From the NCBI GenBank assembly GCA_030141605.1, contig JAQGDQ010000364.1, positions 62,001 to 126,000 on the forward strand: a stretch of DNA of 64,000 bases, given 5' to 3'. The position numbers and the translations under genes were made by a program. This document shows, one piece after another, positions 15,719 through 28,570 of this stretch (position 1 is the first letter of the stretch; each line of letters starts with the position of its first letter). The notes under the pieces are model-generated. The model did no database searches. It was not told the origin of the DNA and saw only the letters and a program-made list of their open reading frames with translations. Origin of the DNA: Tubiluchus corallicola (taxonomy: Eukaryota; Animalia; Priapulida).

Positions 15719-18700
15719 GTAATGATGATGATAATAATCTTTATTTAAAGTCAGCCTTTAGATAAACAATTAACATAAGCTCTGTGAAGTTTTGCCAGCT
15801 GGAGCTAACAAATGACAATTACATAAGAGAGTCTATTCTTGCCCCACTTTTGCCCTAAATTTGCATGGACAAGGCAGGGCAGCAGCATGTACCATTTTTA
15901 AAGTCTTTGGCATGGCTTGACCGCAGTATCGAACTCATGACCTCACAGACGGAAAGTGGATGCATTACCACTAGGTTATACCGACTGGTTTGAAATTCCT
16001 TCTTTAGAAACCGTGCTTCCGAATTGATAAGAACTAGAACCATTTGCTGTTAGGGATAATATTTTGCAATGTATTATTGGGATCATACCTCCATGCCGTA
16101 GTTTTGTTGTAGCTTAAAGGAAGACCGGATGATTGTTTAGACTCAATCTCATTTTAATTTGCTGTCCAAAATATACATTTTCTTGCCTATAAAAGTTAAC
16201 AATTGTTTCTTATATTTGAATAATTAGCTTAGAAAGTTAATTAACGGCTACTGAAGACAGCTATTGCTTACATCAGAAACTAACCACAGTTTGTGCAATG
16301 GCAGGCGTCTTCCCTTGCGCGTCAAGCACATTTGCATAAGTATTACAGTACTGCTTAAATGCATAATGTCACGAAAAATGGGCTTTACATCATATGACGT
16401 CAAAAACTAATGCTACAGCTCATGGTCATGGTTATCACGGTACCGCCTTCTATTTGTTGGCCAAGCGAATGCGACAAAAAGGTGCTGCTGCCAATCTTAG
16501 CAGATTCACTGAGCTGCATGTAACTTTGAAAGTTTAACGAAATTTGAGTACTCGAGGTAATTATTATTTAATCTAAGCTGTGATTTAAAAAAGCTATTGT
16601 AGTTTTTAATATTTTAGAGCATTCTTTATTCTGAACTCATGTTTACACAATCATCCGGTTTTCCATTAATCTTTTATGAATGTGTAAGCTCTTGTGTTGC
16701 TTCACTTGACTTATTGCAATGTAATTACCTTAGCAAACTATGGAATGTTACATAGTGCTGCACAATTAAATGTACATAATTAATCAGGAAACATTGTTTT
16801 TACAGGTGTCCTGTGTGCAGGTACACTCAAACACCTGAACAGGTTGCCGATAATAGCTGCTTTCTCTGTGGTCACAAAGAGGTAAAAGTTCTGAAATACC
16901 TAATTATTACTTTTTGTTTAAAGTGTTAAAGAAAACAGTTCTCTGGTATTGAACCCACTGTAAGTCAGTGATGTAAAAATTTCTAAAGTGTAACAGCATA
17001 TACTAATTTAAGATCGTACACGCTTGTAATAGCATATGTGGTAGCGCATAATTTAATTTTGTTGTTTTTAGGATCTGTGGATATGTTTAATATGCGGCCA
17101 TGTTGGGTGTGGACGTTATGCGCAAGCGCATGCATTCAGGTATGAGTGAAATGGTCCTTTTTTCACGTGTTGTTGTTAAAATACAAATGCAAGCAAGATA
17201 TTTATTTGTGTGTATCTGAATCATTTGAGCATATCTTAATTATCCTGCCGAGTTTAAATATGCAGAACATGTTGTTAAAAATAACACTGCCTTTGTGAGC
17301 AACTTAAGTAAACTGTAAAGCTATCAGAGGTAGTGCCATTGATCAGAAGTTTGCCCAACATAGAGGGTTCTGCAAGTGTTTTTGCGATTGCGATACTCTA
17401 CTCTCTCCACCTATCAGAGGCGGGCACCTTTATAGGGTGCAAAGTCTATTTTTCTATAACGCTGATCTTTTAGTTGTCTTTTCCAAGTTTAATGTCTCTA
17501 TTTGTCTTTATCGTGTGTTCCATGCATTCGTTCACTAGATTTTTAATTTCTAGCAATCCTTCTTTTTCACTGTTCAATAATATATCTGAGTTCAAATTTT
17601 TTTCCATTCTCCATATCTGCCACATTTAAGCAAATGTTCAGTAGTATCATCATCTTCCCCACACATTGGGCATAATAATTGATCCTTAAACTCATTCTTG
17701 TAGTTTCCTTTAACTTTAATCATATTCAGTCTTATTTTCAATATATCTTTAACCTCTTCTGGCTTGCATGGGTCTATGTAATTTTGTCGTTTCCACTCAG
17801 TATGCCTTAAAAATCTTAATTTAGTGCTGCTCCTGCATTTTTCTGCACATTCATTCTTTATAAAACATTCAATCTTGTTCTTTATTTCTTTCTTCCATTC
17901 AGACTTTTTCATGACCTTATCCCTTTCTTTATTAGCATCTATGGTATATTTTTTACAGCCTCAACTACTTCATTATACCATGACCTTTCATGTTGTGACA
18001 AGTGATTATCCACAACAGTTGTAGCCCCTCTTAGGTTGGGACAATTTTTTTCCACTGTAAATTTAAGTGTATGTAAATGTATGCTAAGAGTGATAGTGTT
18101 AAACTGTCTATCGTGTGTGTCTCTTGGTCACCAGATTTACATGTACATGCAGCGCTTTCATTAATTTTCGAGTAATTACCATATTTGTTACAAATGCATG
18201 TTGTGCTTGCTGTATTCTGCATTATCGTTTCAGTAACTTTTTCTGGCATGATTTCTTGAAAAACTGTTCTCACTAGAGGCAGTGTTTACTCCATATTTGA
18301 TAATTTTTGAAGATTTGTAGTTTCTATTCCTCGCACAATGAATTTTCGTGCATATTTGTATGTGAAATGCATTTGCTTACCTTGGACAAATTAAAAATCG
18401 ACTTTTGGCGGAAAAATTGAAACTTTTTTCGGTAACTGCAGTGTTTGAACTGCTGTAACAAGGTACAGTATAACTTGTGCGAAATCGGCTAATGCAGAAA
18501 ATTTCATCTGTCCAGACACAACACTCTGATAAAGTTTGGCCCTAGGTCTACTCTCTTTTTAAAAAGAAATCCCTGTTAAAAGATGAAACGACTTTAATTT
18601 CACCTTGGCTGATCGGTGGGTTTTCCTGGAACTCTGTACAGCAGATGATTCTCTTGGGCTGTAGCAAGCAGCCGATCAGTAAATTAGTGTGTACGATCAC

Positions 18701-21330
18701 GCAAGTGTACGCCAGATTAAGCAGCTCGAAGTGTTTGAAAAGGGCGTGTTCTTCTTAATTTTATCCAATTAAATCACTTATAAATCCTCAAACAAATAAT
18801 TTGATTGGATAGCCGAGTTTCTCCTGAATAGAACAGTACCTAATTTGTAATCATTTAGTTGTGTCTGTGTTCGTACATGTACTTAGCAGAAAAGTCTTAT
18901 AAGAACTATTTTGAATGGTGCGGTCCCGAAGGAGTTAAATCACCTATATTGTTACTGCCTGTCTTCATGTCCGTAAAACCCATAAACAGTTAGACCCAAT
19001 TTACCGTGATTCAGTTACAGCATCAAAGCAGCAAAATGCAACGTATGGCGAACTGTTCTGTGCTGCTAACCTTCTTGCTTGTAGGTTTGCTTCTAGACTA
19101 ACTTACAGCGTGTTGATAAAGTTGTAAGTTGCATTTGTAGGAAGCAGGGGTTAAACAAGCGTAAATTTTTTTCGCTCATCAAAAGAATACCTATTTAGAG
19201 ATTACAGGCATTGTTTTTTTTTTACATTAGAAAAAACGTAGTACGAGTTAGCAAAAATGTGCATAGTGCATAGTACGAAAGACGCTTAGTACTAAAAAGT
19301 GTTTTGGTTCCTTGCAAATGGTGTCACAGAGATTTGTGTTCATGTTTGTATGCATCGTGTTCATGTTGGTGTGCATTGTGTTCATGTTTGTCTGCATTTT
19401 GTTCATGTTTGTGTGCATTATGTTCATGTTTGTGTGCATTGTGTTCATGTTGTGTGCATTGTGTTCATGTTTTGTGTTTTTTTAGTCATTTTGAAGAGAC
19501 GCAGCACACGTTTGCCATGCAGCTCGGCGGGAATCGCGTTTGGGATTATGTTGGTGATAATTACGTTCATCGGCTAATGCAGAGTAAGGGAGATGGAAAG
19601 ATCGTCCAGTTTGATGGCTACACGGAGGGTGTAAGTGATATGGCCATGGATCAGATTGCTTTCTGTTTTAGTTGATCAAATGAGTATTTAAAACTGCATA
19701 GGTGTGCTTGCATAGCAATATCGTCCATTAGTAGGCAATTAAGCTTTTCTAGTTTTTCACATATTCTGAATCTCCATTTCATGGGGATCATTTTGATACC
19801 AAGTTCATTGCTCTGTGTTATTTCTAAGCTGAAATAATCCACATTGAAGTTGAGGTGCACGTCACACATTGTAGCCTACTAAAGTTAGCTATTGTTTTTG
19901 TCACGTCTACAAACCACTTAGCAACCGTACTAAAGTGTGGTTGCTATGGATTTTTCAAGAGCAAAATGAAGTTACATTTAAATCCAGTAGATGGCCCTTC
20001 CTGACGAAGATCTGGTCTTGTCAACAGAAAAAACCCGAAGCAAAATAGCTGCTTCCACAAGCTACTATTGGAGTTTGCAAAATAAGAGTTTTTTACAATT
20101 TCGATTCTAGTTTCTAGCTAGAAAAGTGCGTGAGGAGTTATAGAATTAAATTTTTTGTGTTTTTGAACACTTTCCTGATAATTTGATACTAGAATATAAA
20201 AGTCCAATATATTTAGCATTGGTTTAAACAAAATACGAAAAATTGACGATTGACCGATTTTTTGGGTCATTCTACTTTGAAGTATCATAACGTAGTTTTA
20301 ACTATACCGACTTATGGACGGTTTTGGTTTGCAAACACAGATATATGTGTACATGCATGTATACAGAATATATAGAAAATGCGTATATTTTTAATTAAAT
20401 AATGACATGACTGGCAGAATTTTCATAAACCATTGCGATTTATTTCATTATTATTACCCTTGTGGGTACTGAGTTGAAAAAATAAAGGAGGCACTGAAAA
20501 ATTGTATACCAGTCGGGATTTGAACTCGAGACCTGGATTAAATGTAAGCAGTTTAAAATTGTTGCGTAATGATCTACGATTAACTTTTACCTTAACACAG
20601 TTAATCACAAAGATTTTGGCAAGCTAGAATAATGGAATTTCTGAGTGAACTGCAGAAGCTTTATTACCTCGAGTTCAAATCCCAACTTATTCGCAATTTT
20701 TCAGCACCTCTCTTTTTTCTTCAACTCATTACCTGCAAGAATTGTGGTTTATTTCGCAACAATTCAGTAATAATGTCATAAATGATTTGTTGTTAACTGC
20801 GAACTAATTTGAAAATGTATGTTTTTTACACACTTCGGTACAGTTCAATACAAAATCCAGCAAACAACGAGACGTGTGTGATGCAACTGGAGCCTGGCTC
20901 ATTATTGAAAATATCCTTCAGAATGAGTCACTGAACCAGCAAGAGTGTCTTAGATCTGTGTACAGCATCTTATTACCGATCAGTAGAATTAATTGGGCGG
21001 TCTTACTATTTTAGGAAGCTGATGCATATTGCAAAAGTGGGAGTTTGTTAGTCATAAAATGTAACTGCTTTGTCGAGGTGCCTCTTTTCTTTGGTTTTCT
21101 TATATCTACACATCAAATGGTTGGAGAATAACTGCACAGACTTCTTTTACAACACATTTTTGCATCATATCTTCTCTATGCAAAGGTGTAAATGTTTTTA
21201 AACTTTACATTCTCGTTTTAGGACACGACGGATGACAAAATTGATTCAGTCACGCTCGAGGTGAGTTTCTAATAAATGTTACAGGATTATTGATTTTTCT
21301 CGTTCAGTTTTACAGTAGGTGCCACTTTAT

Positions 21331-21409
<79 letters not shown>

Positions 21410-21483
21410 CTGTCTCTCTCTTTTTCTCTCACTCTCTCCCGTCTCTCTCCTCTCGTCCTCTCTCTCTCCCTCCCTCCCCCTCT

Positions 21484-21571
<88 letters not shown>

Positions 21572-24500
21572 ACTAGACCCATTCTGCAATGTTTTTTCGT
21601 TTTCTTTCTTATGATGAATAGTAAATGAAATTGCTTCTGATTGCACATGCCAATGTACCTTCACACTTCCCTGTTTCAGTACACATACTTGTTGACCAGT
21701 CAGTTGGAATCACAGAGGCTTTACTTTGAAGAAAAAATGGACTTCGTTGAAAAGAGTGCACTAGAAAAGGTACAATTTGCTCGAGTTTTTGCGAATTTAT
21801 TCTGGAGATCCACTAGAATTAAATAGAATATTGTAGAATGTTCTATAGTATAGTAGAACAATCTTCTTACCTTGTTGAAGTTTCTAGACATTTCTATTTC
21901 TAGATTGTTCGCTGGTACTGATATATGAGGCGGATCTGGCCGCTGAAGTTTATTCTCTCACATTCTCTCGTATTCTCAGATTCTCAGATACTCTTTCACG
22001 TTTCCAGATTATCACATTACTGTAAACATTTCGCGTTCCTTCATACTTTTGTGTTGTAGAATTCTCGTATAATAAACTAGTTTCATTTGATGAAGTGTTT
22101 TCTGATTTTCTCGACGAGATTCAGGATATCTGAATAACTAGAAAAGCTTAACTGCCGACTTATGGATGATTTTGCTATGCAAGCACATATATGTACTTTG
22201 TAACCACAGACTTTCAGTATGGGTTTGGTCATTCTTTAGTGAAAGTAGCGGTCAGTCAGAGCTCATTCTGCAGGGTATGCATACAAACTGTGGAGCAAGT
22301 TTGCCAGTCTGACTGAATATATGGAACAAGCCTGTCAGTCTCAACTTGGACCTTTGCTATGTTAATCCTATTTCTATGTACATCTTACAGGTGTTACGTA
22401 TTTCAGGTAACTGAGTTGGAAACCAGGTTAAAATTGGTATCACAGGAATGTGAAGCCATGGAAGGCAAAATGATCGCCATTACACATGAAAAACAAAATC
22501 TAGAGAAAAAGAATTCTCAGGTCAGTCTTCAAATTTACATAGCCTGTAGGTCAGGGGTGTGCAAATTGCGGCCCGTGGGCCACTTGCGGCCCTCCGATAG
22601 AATTTGTGCGGCCCGCGAAGAGATTTGTCAACCTAATGAAAGTGCGGCCTGGGCGATTAATTGAGTGTATCCAGCTGAAGTCCGTGCCACGATCCCAAAG
22701 ATAGTTCTGGTAGTTTTTTCTACTAGACTGTATGCCATTAACCCTTACAAGATGGTTGTGGCTTAATGTCACTGTACTACACAGACTGTGTGATACACAT
22801 TACTAATATGCATTGTATTGAAATTACCACTATTTGTCCTGAAAGTAGAAATATATGGTTTGTAATATAAATTTTAATAACTTCTAAAATAGTTTCTTGA
22901 GTGTAGTAGTAATGATGTACGCAGGTCGGATGCAAAAAAATCGTTATTAGGCCTTTCTGTACTTGGCTCCTTGATCAAACTGCCTGTGGCCCGCAGGAAT
23001 TGCGGGAAAGTTTAATGTGGCCCAGCTAGTCAGATAATTTGCACACCCCTGCTGTAGGTTATTCTACCTGGATGTTATTTAAATGCGCATCTGACGTCGA
23101 TGTCACTATTCATTTTATGTCTGATCTGCTCGGATACCTATTGCATTGCTAAACTGCTCGCTGAGAAACAGGCGCAACCATCATGTTAAAGGAAGACCGG
23201 ACGATTATTTAGACTCAATCTCATTTTAATTTACTGTCCAAAATATACATTTTCTTGCCTATAAAGTTAGCAATTGTTTCCTATATTTGAATAATTATCT
23301 TAGTAAGTTAAACAACGGTAACCGAACACACAGCTTTTGCTTACGTCAGAAACTAACCACAGTTTGTGCAATGGCAGGCGTCTTCCCTTGCGCGTCAAGC
23401 ACATTTGCATAAGTGTTACAGTACTGCTTAAACGCATGATGTCACGAAAAGTGGGCTTTACATCATATGACGTCATGAAACTAACACAGCAGTTCATGAT
23501 TATAGTTATCACGGCATAGCCTTCTATTTGTCGGCCATGCGAATGTGACAAAAAAGTGCCGCTGCCAATCTTAGTAGATTCACTGAACAGCGCCTAGTTT
23601 TGAAAGTTTAACAAAATTTGAGTATCCGAGGTAATTATTATTTAATCTAAGCTTTGATTTAAAATAACCTATTGTAGTTTTCAATATTTTAGAGCAGTCT
23701 TTATTCTGAACTCGTGTTTACACAATCATCCAGTTTTCCTTTAATGAATTACTGAAACAATCACTCATTGTTCAATAATTAGTTGAATAATAAGTTAAAA
23801 TTAATAAATGCCAACTCGATAACGATCTGTAATAGTATAACATGTGATTATGTCCTTTGTGGGGTCGAGGTTCTTGAAAGGGGTCGCCACCAACAAAAGG
23901 GTGGGAACCATTGGTGTATATTGACACAGTGGATTGCTGGAATTGCAAAGTTATTATTTTGTACTTTTGTTTAGTTGTCAAACAAGATGGTAAAAATGAC
24001 TGCTGAACTGACTGATGAGAAAGAGATGAACAAGAGTTTGATGGAAAATCAGAAAATGTGGCAAACTAAAGTCTCTAGTCTAGAAAAACAACTCAATGAT
24101 ACCATGACAGAAAAGGATAAGGTAATTCTAGCTAACCAATTCTGATTGATTAACCAATTACTGACTGACTGACCGACTCATTCCTGACAACTTGCCCAAT
24201 TGACTTATTGACCCGTAAGCTAAGGCTGAGAAGGTCAACCATTTAAACGTTTAACTGACCGCTAACTGGTGTAACCGTTTAGAATATCACTAACCATTTA
24301 ACCATTACTTAGTCAAGTTTTCTAGGTATCCGTATTAATGAAACCTTGTATCTTTTCTGAGTTGGCATATGCAGTTAACAATGTCCCGCTTACTTAAAAT
24401 TGTACTATTTACGACATTGTTTCACTTAATCTGGTTGCCTTTCATATATCGGACCATTGGACAATATATGTTACATTGGACATTCTCGCTGGCGCATGCT

Positions 24501-26503
24501 AGATTTGAACTACACCTCTTAATAGGGGTGGAGTTTGCACGCGTGGCGATTCCACGCTGTGTGAGTAAACATGGCATGACCCGGAGGGGGTAATTGCGTC
24601 ACAGGCTTTCTTCATAACTTGAATTTTGTTGTTCAAAAACTTCTTAAAACATACAAAAGAGTTAAAATGCTAACTGAGCGCAATTAATAATGTTTGAAGG
24701 TTAGTTAAAAAGCCTAACCATCACAGCCCTAAAGCTAACATAGTGATTATAGGCTAAGAACGCCTCTTATTTCCTGATCGCTGACATAAGTTCTGCTGGG
24801 TGTGAATACGGTAAACTGCGTATAACTCGAATTTTTGCGTATTTGGAACAGATCTTGTAGAATTGATTTTCCTTTTTGTTTTCCCTTTGACAAACATCAT
24901 CATGCAACTCAAATCCTCGCATAACGAAAACCGAGTTTCAGGTACAATTCTTAAGAATCTAACTGAAATTGCCTCGCCTATCTCGAACAGCCTCCCAAGT
25001 GAGAAGTCCTCCGCAAATGTGTGCACCATATTACAATTCTATCGGCTGGTTTCAGCAAAAATGCTACAATTTATTGTGTTATCTTAGTAGAACACTACAC
25101 ACAACATGGTTTAATGTAGGTCACAGTATTATTATTGCCGAATTCTTTTAACTATGCTACAATAGAGGTGGATTATTCATAAAAGTTGTTGTTGGTCATT
25201 TTCACAGGCTGTAGGTTTATTATCCGACATTGATGAGTGACTCACTCTTGTTTCCTTACGAATGATTTCTAACTCGATGAGTGTCTCAAATCTTGTTTCC
25301 TTAAGAACAATGTCTAACTCAATGAGTGACTCAAATCTTGTTTCCTTACAAACGATGTCTAACTCAATGAGTGACTCAATCCTATTTCCTAAGAATGATG
25401 TCTAACTCAATGAGTGACTCAAATCTTGTTTCCTTACGAACGATGTCTAACTCAATGAGTAACTCAAATCTTGTTTCCTTACGAACGATGTCTAACTCAA
25501 TGAGTAACTCAAATCTTGTTTCCTTACGAACGATGTCTAACTCAATGAGTGACTCAAATCTTGTTTTCTTGTGAACATTGTCTGACTCATACTTTTGCAT
25601 GACTCAAAGAAATTTCCTGGTCCCGAGGTGTTCGAGTTATGCGTAGTTTACTGTACTAGTATTATCCAGTGTGTTATGGTTTATAAACTGAATATAACAG
25701 AATACCCATTACTCAACTTCAAATGAAGGTGCCATGCAGAGAGCTATAGTGAAATATTGCAAGTGTCATTTATTATGAAATACTTGAAATTATTGCGCAG
25801 CGCTTGTTTGAAATATGAAGCTATTTCACAGTTCAGTTATGCCCACCCGTGCAGTTGCAGTAGGTCAGAGGTTAAGTGTACTACAGCTACGCGTCTTTGC
25901 TACAACTGACACGTGTCGAGTGAGTGAAGCAAAGCTGTCTGCTGCATCAGTTCAATAATTTCAGTTCTTTTACGTTGACTTTACTGAATTATGCATTAGT
26001 GTGTAGAGTGATTTACTAGCAGGATCTTGCTTGTGAACAACAAAGATGAATCAGGTAAGGTTCTAGCTAGCTGTTATAACTTTTACTAGTACAATAGCAT
26101 GGCCTGCGAGGCGTTGTCACGCGCCTTGTCTGGTTCACTTAACCTTTGACCTTTTCCCGATCATCATGAATCACTGGAAGTGTAAGAAGCCTTATTTGTT
26201 GCTTTCTTTGCAAATATTTCCAGCGTGCATTTTTTATTTACAGTGTATCGTTGTCAGGTTAACTCTCAAACACCGACACTGTTGACATTGCTTGTTGACA
26301 CTATGAGCTTAACTACTTGCGTTTTTACACATTAGGAAATATCTGACATAAAGGAGCAGCTGCGGGACGTCATGTTTTACCTGGAAGCTCAGCAAAAGAT
26401 CGGTGCTGAATCGGCTGATATCAGGCAGGAGATACAAGATGGACATATCATCATGGGAGAGCCAAGTACGTCCCAGGGAAAACGGACTCGGAAGAAGAGG
26501 TAG
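1959..26503 (+). CDS. BRAP: BRCA1-associated protein (BRAP2/IMP) RING E3 ligase with BRAP2 domain, RING-H2, zf-UBP and coiled coil; 15 coding exons, 588 aa
   Basis: Phase-consistent GT-AG exons: 1959-2034, 3222-3398, 7061-7274, 10068-10178, 11313-11505, 13128-13193, 15194-15276, 16806-16881, 17072-17139, 19486-19630, 21222-21260, 21680-21769, 22407-22520, 23975-24121, 26336-26503 (1767 nt). Family motifs: [123 protein letters not shown]. Confidence 0.97.
3990..4720. repeat. Dispersed repeat family of unknown class
   Basis: Inverted copy at about 47750-48360 (shared translation VFIDTGP...SQFKC in ORFs 3945 and 48162) and a partial inverted copy at about 25860-26200. Confidence 0.75.
6466..6964. 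mobile_element. hAT (Charlie-like) MITE, about 500 bp, copy 1
   Basis: TIRs CAGGGGTG(C/T)GCAAATT, 8-bp TSD ATCTAGAT; near-identical inverted copy at 22552-23051. Confidence 0.92.
7340..7851. mobile_element. Tc1/mariner-pogo (Tigger-like) MITE
   Basis: TIRs CAGTTATACCTCTGTTTTC / GAAAACGGAGGTATGACTG flanked by TA. Confidence 0.8.
7955..8470. repeat. Dispersed repeat family
   Basis: Diverged direct copy at about 48720-49200; short piece at about 11670-11770. Confidence 0.7.
8480..9323. repeat. 27-bp minisatellite, about 31 copies, in BRAP intron 3
   Basis: Unit CTAGAGAATAATGTTGAAAGTGCTGGT; explains repetitive ORFs 8271-9359 and 8648-9376. Confidence 0.97.
11794..12341. mobile_element. TTAA-flanked non-autonomous DNA transposon (Kolobok-like), copy 1
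   Basis: TTAA flanks, imperfect TIRs of consensus AGGAARACCGGAYGATTG; inverted copies at 16118-16665 and 23190-23740. Confidence 0.85.
14000..14480 (+). mobile_element. 3' fragment of an RTE-like non-LTR retrotransposon
   Basis: Degenerate translation [17 protein letters not shown]...[12 protein letters not shown], typical of an RTE ORF2 C-terminus; internal 31-bp duplications. Confidence 0.7.
14455..15025. repeat. Dimeric minisatellite (alternating 36- and 42-bp units, 78-bp period)
   Basis: Units GACAGGGTAGCATGGAGTTAATGGGAGGTTGCGGGT and GACAGGGCAGCATGGAGTTAATCAGAGGTAGTGGGTGACAAT. Confidence 0.93.
15514..15738. repeat. (AAT)n microsatellite
   Basis: Visible directly. Confidence 0.95.
15840..15990 (-). 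mobile_element. tRNA-derived SINE with conserved core
   Basis: On -: A-box-like TAACCTAGTGG, B-box GAGTTCGATAC, then core CCAAAGACTTTAAAAATGGTAC..GCTGC; related core at 32340-32545. Confidence 0.65.
16118..16665. mobile_element. Kolobok-like MITE, copy 2 (inverted relative to copy 1)
   Basis: TTAA flanks; reverse-complement match to 11794-12341. Confidence 0.85.
17440..18010 (-). mobile_element. 3' fragment of non-LTR retrotransposon ORF2 with C-terminal zinc motif
   Basis: ORF 17592-17912: STKLRFL...[15 protein letters not shown]...[18 protein letters not shown]. Confidence 0.8.
19335..19472. repeat. 21-bp minisatellite just upstream of the BRAP exon 10 acceptor
   Basis: Unit TGTGTTCATGTTTGTGTGCAT, about 6.5 copies. 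Confidence 0.9.
19701..20340. mobile_element. TIR-bearing non-autonomous element
   Basis: Imperfect TIRs of about 45 bp (GTGTGCTTGCATAGCAA..CGTCCAT.AGT.GGCA); direct copy at about 57820-58372 and an end fragment at about 22100-22190. Confidence 0.75.
20425..20765. mobile_element. Foldback MITE with B-box-like motif in both arms
   Basis: Arms at about 20458-20530 and 20668-20740 are reverse complements and include GAGTTCAAATCC. Confidence 0.65.
21333..21570. repeat. (CT)n microsatellite
   Basis: Visible directly. Confidence 0.97.
22552..23051. mobile_element. hAT (Charlie-like) MITE, copy 2 (inverted)
   Basis: TIR CAGGGGTGTGCAAATT, 8-bp TSD CTGTAGGT. Confidence 0.92.
23190..23740. mobile_element. 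Kolobok-like MITE, copy 3
   Basis: TTAA flanks; same orientation as 16118-16665. Confidence 0.85.
24809..25653. mobile_element. pogo/Tigger-like MITE carrying an internal 45-bp minisatellite (25232-25570)
   Basis: TA-flanked TIRs CGGTAAACTGCGTATAACTCGAA / TTCGAGTTATGCGTAGTTTACTG; unit TGAGTGACTCAAATCTTGTTTCCTTACGAACGATGTCTAACTCAA. Confidence 0.75.
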
Positions 26504-26539
26504 TAGCAATTATGAAAATTGCTTTACGTAAGTCGACGA

Positions 26540-27037
26540 GTTGACGAGTGACGATCAATTGGTCAACAGTCAACGAGTGACGATCTATTGGTCAACAGTC
26601 AACGAGTGACTATCAATTGGTCAACAGTCGACGAGTGACGATCAATTGGTCAACAGTCAACGAGTGACGATCACTTGGTCAACAGTCAACGAGTGACGAT
26701 CAATTGGTCAACAGTCCACGAGTGACGATCACTTGGTCAACAGTCAACGAGTGACGATCACTTGGTCAACAGTCGACGAGTGAGGATCACTTGGTCAACA
26801 GTCAATGAGTGACGATCAAATGGTCAACAGTCAAGGGGTGACGATCAAATGGTCAACAGTCAACGAGTGACGATCAATTGGTCAACAGTCATCGAGTGAC
26901 GATCGCTTGGTCAACAGTCAACGAGTGACGATCACTTGGTCAACAGTCAACGAGTGACGATCACTTGGTCAACAGTCAACGAGTGACGATCAATTGGTCA
27001 ACAGTCAACGAGTGACGATCAATTGGTCAACAGTCAA
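26540..27037. repeat. 29-bp minisatellite, about 17 copies, in the probable BRAP 3' UTR
   Basis: Unit CGAGTGACGATCA(A/C)TTGGTCAACAGTCAA; starts about 40 nt after the stop; candidate AATAAA at 27817. Confidence 0.95.
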
Positions 27038-28120
27038 AGGTGCTGCTTTTCATCTGCAGTTTTGTTAAAGCCCAAAATGCTCATTAGTCAGTAAGCTATG
27101 TGAAAAGCAGTTTGAATCATACTGCTTACCTTTCGACTTTCTTGCTCGTTTTGTATTCTGTGATATGTATAATGTCTTTACGATATTTGTTACACTACTG
27201 TAAGCTGTGTAGTTTACAGATAGGATACAGCTTTACTGCCTTGTGTGTTTTCTATTATCGCGCAGTTACAGTTCAAACATTTCAAGAAACTCTCAACTAA
27301 TAATATCCACAGATGTATCGACTTCATGTAGTTCAATGGCAATTTTTCTGGAGTGTAAAACCAATGCAAAAAGTGTTCGTGATAAAACCAGTACAAAATG
27401 CGTTACTGAGAAATACCACAATTCATTTAATGTCGCTTTGACGTTTAAGGTGCTTCAGGATTTCATATTGTTTACACATTGCTGAAAAGAAAACAATAGC
27501 TTTTGTGTTGCTTGGCTGTTCGTTATTAATTAATACTCCGTTTTTCATTGCGTACCATGCCTACTCAGAGTTTTAGGGAACGATAAGAATACTGATCCAT
27601 AACAGAAATTTGTAAGTGATATCTAACATTTATTCTTGAAACAATTACTACTTTGTGATTGGCTATCATCGTTGTATTGTGATTGTATTTATTATTGTTA
27701 TTTATTGTGCATTTCAAATGTTGTATTTTAAACTAATTGCAAGCGAAACACTCAGAAAAATGAAGTAAAAACTGCAAAATTAAACGAAATATGAAAAGTA
27801 TACAAAACTAAAACCGAATAAACGACAATAATCTTAATGCAAAATTATTTTGTGTTTATTCACTAATGACAAGAAAATCGCCTCATTCAGCAAATTTTTT
27901 GAAAAAATAACTCTGGCTAGTATATGGCTTCATGAAAATTACTGACACATTATTATGCATAAAACAAGGGGAAGAAGTTTACAATTCCCACACAGTTTAA
28001 ATAACCTAACCCCAACCCTGGCCCTAATCATAATCCACTTTTCTTGTGTGGAGGAAATTGCAAACTTTAGCCAAACAAAGTTTCCAAACAGTTACTGATA
28101 CTTACTGGCGACCACCAACT

Positions 28121-28570
28121 TCACCTAAATGTAATCAGTGGCGATATCAACTGGGCAGTAAGCTTGGACAAGCTGGTACTGTGCTCCCCCATCTTCTTCA
28201 ATAAGTCCCCCAAGTGACTCTTAAAAACATTTACACTTGTAGAGTTCACTGCCTCCTCCGTTTGCCGGTTCCAGGTATTAACAACCCCTTGGCTGATACT
28301 GTATTTTCTGTACGGTACAAGTATAGATCTTGTTTCCACTAATTTTTTGGGGGGGTGGGAATGACTCAGCAACTGAATTAATGTGTTGCTAATTTGACCT
28401 CTCATCTTTTCGAAGTTGTTTGGTGAGATACGAGCATCAGTTGGGGCAGCTCACGTTTCAAGTTTCTTATCAAGCTCCTAGAATAGCTGAATGTCGTTCC
28501 ACGATGCTGTTTGCTTTCCAAATTTGAACACGGATTGTGGATGCGGCCAGTCCAGGCAAAGAAACGGTAA
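28121..28570 (-). mobile_element. CR1-type LINE 3' fragment
   Basis: RKYSISQGVVNTWN..EEAVNSTSVNVFKSHL matches the CR1 ORF2 C-terminal pattern; frameshifted. Confidence 0.75.

Noticed and set aside
21830-22090. LTR-like segment after BRAP exon 12
   Set aside because: TATA- and AATAAA-like motifs present, but no matching TG..CA ends or TSD found.
26540-27037. CRISPR-like 29-bp repeats (also 41824-42795, 53010-53335)
   Set aside because: Units are contiguous with no unique spacers, there are no cas genes, and the context is eukaryotic.
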